64,000 nt of DNA, from assembly GCA_051362555.1 (NCBI GenBank), contig CM120643.1, positions 8,246,001-8,310,000 on the forward strand. Direction: 5' to 3'. Positions 39,647-50,381 of this stretch are shown in pieces; the first letter of the stretch is position 1; every line of letters starts with the position of its first letter. This DNA is from Lingula anatina (Eukaryota; Animalia; Brachiopoda). The translations under genes were made by a program, and so were the position numbers. The notes beneath the pieces were generated by a model. The model was given only the letters and a program-made list of their open reading frames with translations. It made no database searches and was not told the origin of the DNA.

Positions 39647-41934
39647 GGTCAGAAAGGCCACTCTAGGCTGAGAAATCATTAAACAACTTGGGGGGTCCGC
39701 AAACCTTTATTTCATGCCACGGAACTCAGAAAATGAATATTCCAAGTTCCACTGGCTTATATTCTGGTGATGTACTCACAGCTCGAGCCTTGCTCAGAGT
39801 GATTTTTAACGTGCACAAACAGCAAAGCGTTTTCTTTACCGGCAGGGGTAAATAAACACAATTCTAAATACATCTATCAATTTTTCGTTAATGAAAATTC
39901 CATGAATCATGTTTACAATTACGTACATTGAAAAACATGGAGTGCACGTATGTCTTCTAACGGTCACCCTCTCGTACTACTCTCTGACCAGTAGTCTGTT
40001 ACAAAATTATTGTATTATTATATGTATACTTTGATTTTGAATACTGTTTTACTGGCTCCGATATCAGATTGCACTATTGTACCATGTATTCACTCTCCGT
40101 TAAAGGTTAGCAGCAACGGCTAGTGTTTTCTTTGGAAATTGTAATATTGGACAGTTACCTTACTATGAATATTAATGGGGCTGACCTACTCTGTATCAGG
40201 GGCGCAGATTTTACTATATGTATATGCACTATTCTCTGACGACTCACTGCGCAGAGAAGTCCTATCATTCAACTGGTGACATATCTGTTGATATCTAATG
40301 AAAAATCAGTGTGTGGCCCTGGTAAAGGACAGTGCTGGGCAGAGGCCGGAGGCGAGAAAACACCGGACCAATCGCCCAAGCAGCGGGATGACCAAAACGC
40401 CCAGCATGTCATAATGTGCATACTGGTCAGACGACAATCTCTGTACAACACAGACAACTAAAGACGCAAAAAATGGAGCGGCAATGGCGCGAATTTAGTT
40501 ATTAGCCATTTTGTTCAAAATAAGCTTTGTCTGAGCATTCAGCTCGTTGTCTTCGACTAAACAAATATGATGACTATCGTGTATCATCGCAAAATGGTCC
40601 CTCTGCTTCCATGTAAACTTGCCCGCTCCTAGTTCGTTTCAGGCTCGCACCAGTTTAACCAATATAAACGTGCCTTTTTCTTAATGAAATTAAACAGGTA
40701 TTCTAGCAATGAATAACACCACAAGCGGTCAGTCGGTCCAGTGGGTATGATGACCGGGCCTCTGGGTTGACCAGTACACAAATGAAGTTGACTTAAGTTA
40801 ACACGAGACTGGATTAATGGCTCGTTTTTCTGCACCCCTCTTTTTTCCTTGTCCAAAAACAAGTTGACGAAGTATAAGACTGTTATTGTTGGTTTTCCTA
40901 AGTCACATCTGGTTATTTAAACAATGAAATAACAAAGTTTTCGTGCCCGCGCGAATCGACCCTAATCGTGCAGAATGCTATTTCGCCTGACTCCTGAAGC
41001 TATTACTCAATTTCTACTTAGTATATATTACTTAAGTAGTTTTTCTTTGCAGTCTTTAATGTTTTTTTTTTTTTTGAAAAAACTAGTCCGAGTCTATCTG
41101 AGAGTTCATTTGCTTTCATCTTACTTCCTCCAATCCATCCTCTTTGACATGACAGAAAAGTTAACCTCCTACACAAAGCTCAGTTTTTAAACTGAGTTTT
41201 TTTTTTTTTCTTAAAAGAAAAGGATGGGTTTCCTGAAGGGGTAGAACGCTCCTATCTTTTACGAAAATAAGAATGTCAATAATCCACGCCATTAAATAAA
41301 ATATCACTCCATATACTTCAATTTGCCATTATTATCAGTATAATCAAAATCATATGTTACTCAGAAATTCTCGTTTCACACCGTTTTATTTTCTCTGTAG
41401 AGTTATCAAAGATGGAGACCATCTCCTGGGAGGTCAGTTTAACAGTGTGTAAAACGGTGTCGTGATAGGCGGCTTGACGGAAATATTTGTCGTATTAAAA
41501 GCTTTCGTGACATCTAAACCGCTGGCGAATTGCCCAAAAGAAAATTGATGTTGTCCACTGAAATGACACGGCTATTCGTCTTCCGCCATGGTCTGGCCAC
41601 TGGGGACGTGTTTTTGTGATTGCGACAGCGGTGCCCGTTGCACGTGTGCGCATTGCGTCTCGGACATCAAGCAGCATACACAACAAATACAGCGTGATAT
41701 CTCTGTCGATTATTCTTAACAATGATCAGATGAGATACGCCCAGCAGTGCAGTTTTTCCAAATGCAATTTCATATTTATCATTTTGTTTTTCAATTTTGA
41801 AACTTCAGTATTGGTGTAGCATATAGAGTAATTCTGGTAATAGTTTAAATCAAAACAAATGATTGGATTTTATAGTGTTTTATATTGTACTTCTAAAAGC
41901 ATTTTAACTTGGATGTTTTTACATATTTTTTCAG

Positions 41935-44030
41935 CTCTGTGCCAAGCAGACCGCGCACATGTAGAGAAGAAGGAATCGGGGCATAAAACAAAACAGACGA
42001 CAGTCGACGATCGGGTCGAAGAATTTCTCCGCCTTAACCATTACCCCGGCGGCGCCATTGCTGTCATGAAGCACGGCAAGCTCGTGCACGCTAAAGGCTA
42101 CGGGACATTTGAAAATGGACACAAAATCCACGCGAGGAGTTTATTCCCGGTGTCCAGCGTTTCAAAATCCATCACCGCCGTCGCCATCTTAAAACTGGTT
42201 GAAGACGGAAAACTTGATCTTGAGAGGACCGTTTTTGGTTCCTCCGGCGTTTTGCACTCCATGACCCCTTATTTGGGGAAATTCATAGACCCTCGCCTGA
42301 CGGATATTACCGTGGAGCACCTCCTTCACCATACGGCGGGCTGGGACGAGACAAAAGCTCCATTCTACGATCCCACGATGAACTCCCTTTACATATCACT
42401 TAAACACAACGTGACTAATATTGCCAAGGTCGTTGGGGCCGTGGGGGACCTTGTGCCCTATCACATATTGAAATTTATGATGAATCAATCCTTACACTTC
42501 ACACCAGGTACAAAATATCAGTATTCTAACTTCGGTTACATGGTCCTCGGGCGAGTCATCGAAGAGGTCACAGATATGGACTATGACGAGTATGTGCAGG
42601 AGAATATCTTCACTCCTTGTGGGATGTGGAAAACCAGGCTTGGCGCCCCAAAATCACGCAGTCGAGGTGGTAAATCTCGCAAATCAAGGCTCCACAAGTT
42701 CCACTTCGACGAAAAGAAAACCATGGTTCAAACCAAAGACGGTACCAAGAAGGATGTTCACGATCTCATATCTCCATACACGTTGGATTCTACGCTCGGT
42801 TGGCACTCCAATGTATACGATATGATGCGGTTCCTGATTTGCGTTGACGGAACTGGTCACACACAGGTTCTGAAGCGAGAATCCATCAGGCGGATGCTTC
42901 GGCGACCAGGACTCCCAATGCCCCAGCACGTGGACACATGGCACGCGGCCGGTTTCACAGCCAAGTTAAGTGGTCAGTTCTGGCAGGAGTCCGATGACCA
43001 CTTTAACGACATGATTCTCTTCCACGGTGGCATCCTACAACATAAAACTGAGCATTCGAAGGGTGGGCTTGACGACGCCATCGTGCCGCCGGCGATGTCA
43101 TTCGTGCTCCTCCTTCCAGACAACCACCACACTCGCCTCAAACTTCTCGTACGTAATCTTCTTGGTGACATCCGACCATCAGAGTGGCCTAGCCACGACC
43201 TCCTTGCTGCTGACCTCGCCGACTCCCATATCAAAAACGACAACGTGGACATGTTAGTGAAATACAAAATGTCTGAGCATCGTCTAAAACCGTGGGCCAA
43301 TGCAATGAAAGTGGCTGGGTACTATCCGCACTGGATGCATGCGTACATCTTCAGAGAGAACACAAATTTTCTGGGTATTTTCAAGAAGGCCGTCAATAAG
43401 ACTGAACTGGATTATCTGGTAGACCATGGCCTGACAAAGCAACGACTTCGAAACCACCTCGACATATACCGGGAGGGCGGATACCACTACAAGCTGGTAC
43501 AGAATTATCTCAGCACAGGCCACGACAACAGACTCTGCCACCTGGTGGTGGTCAGCAAAAAAACTGACGACGCGCCCCATTCGAGAATCAGCGTGGACGA
43601 GAGTGTGACGTCATACAGAGGAAACATTCAAAGACACGTGCGGGACTCTTACTATCCTATCGCACAGTCCATTGAAACTCGCAGCGATAAAGAAATCATA
43701 ACGGCTCTCTATAGCAAAAAGCAAAACCCAGCTACAAAACTTTATCACGATCTCAACTCTAAACAGTTAGAGAGACTCTCCGAGGCCATGGGTAAAAAAG
43801 AATATACCCTTGGCTACCTAGACACCTACCTTCACAATGGCGAACCTAAATTTTCCGCCATTTTTAGTAAACTTAAAGTGAAGAAATGGTTCCTGGAGAA
43901 CGAGCTCACCATTGCGTGGATTCGGACTGATGTGCGAAAACTATTCCAAATGAGTTTTGTACCAGATATGATTGTGGGTTATGAAAAAACGGGAGAACTG
44001 CAGTTTACCGGCTACTGGGTGAAGGCATAA
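41935..44030 (+). CDS. Main exon of a secreted serine hydrolase: beta-lactamase/AmpC-like domain plus five C-terminal polyglycine-hydrolase-like (BTRD1-type) repeats; 709 aa with exon 1
   Basis: Polypyrimidine acceptor TTTTTTCAG ends at 41934. Motifs: PGGAIAV..HGKLV..KGYG, SxxK (SVSK, 42156-42167), DPRLTDITVEHLLHHTAGW, PGTKYQYSN (YxN, 42522-42530). Five ~50-aa repeats from 43251 have the pattern (H/Y)xLx..x..GY....Y...G...F.(A/G)(I/Y)(F/W).K. AATAAA at 44688 and 44711. Confidence 0.9.
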
Positions 44031-45332
44031 TTGCTATTTTGTTTCGACTACCGAAATGTACAAAACCGCCGACTTGAACTCTATTTTTTGCAGAACGTTT
44101 GTCGCACAGATCTTATTGCTCGCTAACTCAACGAACAACATGCAAATGTATTCATTATGATGATTTAACTTCTCTATTTGAACTTTATCATATGTACATA
44201 ATACCACTTTCGCGTTTGTTGTCGGTAAGATTACCTTAAGCAGTTTTCCTTGTTAACCTAAAATACTAATCTTCTGCAGCTAAATAACTTTCTCAATCAA
44301 TAATATGTTATTTTGACTTAAATGATTACTTCTCAATCCTCAAGTTGAGAACGCTCACTCTAATATATTACAAAAGCTGATGTGTTTTTTTACCTCCAAA
44401 CTGTCCAATCCTGAACTACCTGCGAGCACATGTACATATTTTTGAACAACATCATTACAGCTGTTCACTGTATCTTCACATCAGCTTTTGTAAGAGTTTG
44501 TAATTTTAGAACTTGACTAAATACTATTTTTGTGTGTGTTTATTGTTTTCAAGATTACTCTCTTTCTGCCTCATTTTAAATATATGTAGATGGACTGGTG
44601 GCAGTAGAGCTCCAGAGAAAACGTTGGTTTTGGACTCGTTATGGGAAATCACGTGTCAACTTATATGCACACAATACGTTTTGTAAGAATAAATCATGTT
44701 ATATGTTATGAATAAAAAAACGTCTTTTAAGTTTGAATTGAATGCGTTTTTCCCTGGTATTCTTAATTACAAAAAGTCCAATTCCAGTAAGCCCTCTTGT
44801 GGACTACGTTTAGTAAGCATCATGCCAAATCGACATCTTTCTTGTCAATGAAGTACGAGCGACACGAAAAACAGCTATCTGAATCCAACAATCTTAGAGA
44901 GAGAGAGAGAGAAAGAGAGAGAATAACAACTGCCATTGCTAATTACTTGAAAAAAGTCTTGGCGATACTTAATAGTTGCAATGTTCCTCCGAAAGTCCTA
45001 AAGATATTTTCATAACAAATACATGCACGTATAATTTAGTCAGGAGGCGCGACCAAAATATTTTAGACCAAGATTGAAGTCTACCTTAACGAGGCCAAAA
45101 TTAATCTGTAATTTAGTCCACTTAAATGAAATAGTGTCATTTTATAATTAATAATACATGGCTTATTGTTTTCAAATAATTCTTATTTTATCTTAGTGAC
45201 GACTTACTTTGAAGTTTATCTTAAGTCGAAGTAAACCGATCATTTGATCTGCAACTTAAGACCAATTTCATTTTTTTTTCATGAAAAAAAAAGAGTTCCC
45301 CTAATTTGTGGTAATAGGCACAAAGAAGTTAA

Positions 45333-45676
45333 AGGAATAATAACTCTTCGTTTTGGCAAAAAAAAAAAAAGAATTTTCCTGGAGTAAACAACAATTTTCC
45401 CATACTTCCTAATGGTTAATGAATCCATTTTTACATTCAGAGTTAGTCCCTGTTTTTTTTTTCTAAAAAGTTTGATTTTTTGTTAAAATCTCTTAAGAGA
45501 TTATAACAGAGTACAGCCATCAATGGAGGTCACGTGATCTGAAGACAAGCTCAGATATCAGAATAACAGCTATAACTGCCGTTTTTGTGGTAAAACAGAA
45601 TATATTATATTTCTATGAATTGTTCACAATGTTTTTATTGTGAAATATAGATATCATACAAAGAGTTATTATCCCT
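45333..45676 (-). mobile_element. Kolobok-like non-autonomous DNA transposon, copy 3 (reverse)
   Basis: TTAA flanks at 45329-45332 and 45677-45680; reverse complement of 6611-6945. Confidence 0.85.
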
Positions 45677-47137
45677 TTAACTAATTTAAACTTTATTACT
45701 ACCTACAACAAAAGTATACACTCAGCATTAGACCAAATTTAAGTTTTATCTTATGTATATGTCATTATTCTGGCTACCATTTCAACTATAAATTCATTTT
45801 TCTAGAATGCAAGGGGGTGCAATTTGCTGCACTTTGCTGAAATAAGTACATGAACTATACTTGTGGTGTATAGTACACTATAACTGGGTGCAATAGAGTA
45901 TATTTCCTGCCTTATTGTAAAACAAGAAATTAGGTACTCTAATCCCCATTTTTCTTTTGTAACCTGTAGGGGGCCTATTCATGCCACCTTAGCGCTGGAT
46001 GCCAGATCACTCGATCTGACTGACACCGCAGCTCATTTTGCATAAAAAATTGTCCCTAAACAGCTGGTTTATTTCTCTATAATTAACAGAAAATATCAAT
46101 CCATAAAGCTGATTCAAAATAAAAGTACATGGGTGATGGCACCTGACCAACCTGAGATGTGAAAAGTAGGGCTACCATACCTGGGACCTACCATACAATG
46201 TACCAAGAGCATGGTAAGGGCGTGTTCACAATGGAACTATCATACTAGGTACTTCTAATGCTGCGGGGACTCTCACTTAATTCTTGATACAGCCCTAATA
46301 CATGGATTAGGCATTTTCTAACTCGAGCCTCAGATTTGAAGAATTAAGGGTCTTGAAAAAGTGGTAGGCCTACGTAGGGGCCTTCGTAACTCTAGGATGG
46401 AAGTCCGGGGTCCCATATCATTAGTACGGTTGGATGGAGTATTGGGGTTAGTATATGGGACTAATTTCTCCTGTACAAAGTAATGGGGAACGGACTACGG
46501 TTCTTAGCGGACTACAATTCCTGTCACAGTGTACACAAACCCATAATAAACGTAAACATCGACTTCTGATACCATTTTCACCTTTTTCGGGGACACCAGA
46601 CACCGTCTGTGATGTTTTACGCTTTTCTTGTATACTTAAAAACCTGCTTGTGGTATTCTATTAAACATCAAGAGATAATTTACTTAGTTTACAGCGTTGA
46701 ACCGTTTCCCTATGACAAACTTACCTGTGACAGCACGTGTGCTTGCATATACAGTGTAGTGCTAGTTGCAGTCTGGAGACGTATTGCTACAAGATTTCGC
46801 CACGTTATTTCAGGCCAGAAGTAAGATGTCATCTCAGGCCAGAAATTTATTTTTAATAACAACTAAATGTCCCTTTCAGTGAAAGTCTTGATACAAATTT
46901 CTGGAATAACTAACTTTAACATATTTTCTTAATTGGAAAGATTTGTTTAACACACTTTCGAAAAGTTGGTGCAGTGATTACCTGCATTTTCTGTTCATTA
47001 AGAATCCACTTATATTAATTATTCAAACAGAATCTGTTTCAGATCTCTTCACTTATTCAAAATGAGGAGGAAATGTGGCAGTAGTAGGCCTAGTGGTGAT
47101 GTATGTGGTATATGTGTGTGTGTATGTGTGTGTGGGA

Positions 47138-47446
47138 CAGTGGCGGATTTAGAGGGGGGGTGGTGGTCAGGGGGTCCTGACCCCCTCCCCCCTTCGGTTT
47201 CTGAAAAATATATCACACCAAAATTCCCCTCTTGAAATTAGAATTTTGACTAGCTAAATCATAGTTTCAAACCGTATCAAAGGGCACTGTTTGCTCTTGC
47301 TTTCCTGAAAACCAAAAAAAAAAAAAAAAAATTGGGGACCCTTGAGCATGCCCCAAACCTCATACTAAGGAGGCGATGGTCGGCTTCACATCCAAGGTCT
47401 GTCGTTCCGCCCCCCCCCCCTTAAAATAATCCTGGATCTGCCCCTG
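47138..47446. mobile_element. MITE with CAG(T/G)GGC(G/A)GAT TIRs
   Basis: CAGTGGCGGATTTAG ... CCTGGATCTGCCCCTG; no clear TSD. Its internal TAGAATTTTGACTAGCTAA also occurs at ~59120. Confidence 0.55.
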
Positions 47447-49879
47447 TTAACAGTCTGATTGGTAAATAAGCCAGTCGACAAAAGAAATAAAGAGACCAAG
47501 CGTGTTTTTCAGTAGTCATGCTAGAACCCACCAAACTGTATTCGGTCCTTGTTACATGTACTCATTCGTATGAACCTTGACGTTTAATATAGGGCCTGAT
47601 CACATGAAAGACCGGTCGAAAATCTGGTACAAGTTGTTTTGTATATTTATATATATAAGACTAAGAGAAATTAAAAATGATATGATGCATACATCATTGA
47701 CGTCTCGGGTCTTTGTTCGCGTTAAAAACGTAACTTCTGATTCCATGAATGGCGAACGTGGGCTTGGTGCTGAAAATTTAATTTAGTCAGCAGGCCAATT
47801 CCCCTAACTGAGCAAAATATATCGTAGCATGGTAGTAGACATTATCGATTCTCTGTGTGTGTGTGTGCGTGTGTGTGTAAAGAAAATCAGACACCCATTG
47901 CTGATTTTTCAGAATAATTTTCACATAGAGTATCGTATGTGACATAGAAAATTTGCACGACTTTGAGCTTATGAAGGTATCACCACCGGGTTTAGTGAAC
48001 ATGAATTCGCGAACAGTTTCAGTAACAACCTCTCACCTAAAATGAGCTATACCTGTTGTTATTTGCATAACAACAAGTTAATTGTCCATCGTAGTGCGAG
48101 CTGTCTTTCCGAAAGCTCACTTGGCTGTTAGACGGAGTCGGGTGTAGACGGATGCAGTCAGAAGGTCGAGCTTTTATAAGGCGTAGAAGCAAATGTATGT
48201 TTGTGAGTATCATTCATTCTTCATCAACCACGGCCATTAAATACTAAAGGCGCAAAAGAATGAGATAAAATATTTACGACAAACATTTATGACATGAATC
48301 CTTTTACTTTATTTCCATTGTTACTTGTATGCCACTAAGAATGGTAGAAATTATTGCTTACAGTGCATTGGGACTCAGAATGTTCAGGATAAACGGCGCA
48401 TTCATCGGACTTTAGATGATAACCTAAGTTTGCTTAAAATTCACTGCACTTTGTAACCGTCTGTTCGAACATTTTATGTGCCCCGGCCTTGACAATTAAA
48501 TTTGAATATTTTGACCTAATTTAAAATGTCGTTTGTGTTTAAATGTAAATATTACCACCCAAATTAATTAATCAGGTGATGCTTGTCACCTTTCTGTGCT
48601 TCTGATCCAAGGGTTTTGAGTGCTCATTACCCAATTATTGACAGATACATATTTTACACAGCCTGTCGTCTCCATTGTGCCGTGTGCTGTCCATCCATTA
48701 CACGGTTCACTGTATGAAAACTTATTATATATGTGCAATATATTTGTTATAATTTTCAAAGAGAATTTGTAAATGATCTCTTTCTCTGAAATGCGTCAAC
48801 ATGTACTACAACACGAGTTATAACTTTTAATATCAAGAGGAATAGGTCAATGGTCGTAGCAATAACCTCACCCACCCTGCAAATGAAATGGGTTGTGCTT
48901 TCAATGTTACCTTTTTTACAAGATGCCTTAATTAGTTAATTTATTAACTAATTCCAGATCATAATTTTGGTTTTGTGCTAGCTAAACCTGAACATCAGAC
49001 TAAGTTATAAACGTGCACGCCATTCCATTTATATGTGCCATCTGCCCTGTGATATTATATGCATTATTACATTGTAAAGAGCCTGTCTGTTTAGTTCAAA
49101 GTTGAATATATACATTATTCTATCTTTTCAGGAGCTCAACGAGATTCTGCATAGCATCCGCCTGAAAGCAACCTATAAAGTCTAGCCTTTGTTTCAAACA
49201 CAGAAACCCAAGCTCCTTCGTACATCTGTTATATGAAAACTCAATAAAAAAAACTTCTGTAATTTGGCGTTTTATTTTTCATTTTGTTATGAAATTACTA
49301 TGATAAGGATAATAGTAATCATAATGGAAAATGAGTTTTTTTAGTGTTTGAGGGCTTTTAAATTCAATCTGATCAGTAAATAACGTTAATGTTTTTGTGG
49401 TTGACGGTTTTCTGTGGTACCTAAATTTGAAATAGTTGTAAAATGACCAGTATTTTCTAATAAACCCCTCCAAGCTGTTTTAGCGCACTGAAATAAAATA
49501 TCGAAAATGGTTTCCAACAACCTACATTTTATACTAGTATTTTAAATTTATATAAACTAATTTACAATCCTGGTTTTTTTAAATTCACATGAGATTTTTG
49601 TTATATAACATATGGAACTAATTCTTTTGGATATAATTTTTCCTATATTTTCCATTCTGACGGGGTTTGGCTTTTGCTATCGTGAATTGTTTTAATTGGG
49701 TGGCTTATTCTTAGTATAAATACTTAATTTGAAATTTGAACGTAATAATAAAAAGGTGGGATGATTCTGATGTAAGCTTAGATCAAGCCAGTTTTTGTAA
49801 ATGGCCAAAATATTTTATTTCTGAGGGTATATTAGAACAATTTCTTCAGTTCCTGTGCTCTGAACCAAATTGGGATGAT

Positions 49880-50381
49880 TGCAAGACTCGCCCCACCTGT
49901 CACCCCTTCTAATGCAATGAACCTGCCCCACCTGTCACCCCTTCTAATGCAATAGAATCGTCCCACCTGTCATCCCTCTAATGCAATGAACCTGCCCCAT
50001 CTGTCACCCCTCTGATGCAATAGAATCGCCCCACCTGTCGCCCCTTTTAATGCAATAGACTCGTCCCACCTATCACCCTTTCTAATGCATTGGACACGCC
50101 CCACCTGTCACCCCTTTAATGCCATGGACTCGCCCGACCTGACACCCCTCAAATGCAATGGACTCGTCGCACCTGTCACCCCCTTTAATGCAATGGACTC
50201 GCCCCACCTGACACCCCTCAAATGCAATGGACTCGCTGCACCTGTCACCCCTTTCATGCAATGGACTCTGCCCACCTGTCGCCCCTTTAATGCAATTTAA
50301 TCGCCCCACCTGCCACCCCTCTAATGGAATAGAATTGCCCCACATAACACCCCTTTATTTGGAATTGAGTCGCCCCACCTG
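49880..50381. repeat. Minisatellite, ~14 copies of a 34-35-bp unit
   Basis: Consensus TGCAATGGACTCGCCCCACCTGTCACCCCTT(T/C)TAA, directly visible; units are contiguous and variable. Confidence 0.95.

Noticed and set aside
41401-41432. Candidate cassette exon (TGTAG|AGTT...GGAG|GTCAGT) before the hydrolase main exon
   Set aside because: At 32 nt it would shift the frame between the phase-1 donor and the phase-1 acceptor.
41859-41934. ATG and first 25 codons of the 723-aa ORF as the true N-terminus
   Set aside because: AT-rich intron-like sequence ending in a polypyrimidine tract and AG; a better signal peptide arises by splicing from 30180-30213.
41935-44030. Bacterial contamination or a true antibiotic-resistance beta-lactamase
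   Set aside because: It is embedded among animal genes and host MITEs, with a spliced leader and poly(A) signals. The fold family is mostly peptidases/esterases, so beta-lactam hydrolysis cannot be inferred.
49880-50381. CRISPR-like array (35-bp periodicity)
   Set aside because: Units are head-to-tail with no unique spacers, there are no cas genes and the context is eukaryotic. ORFs 50082-50345 and 50085-50300 are repeat artefacts.
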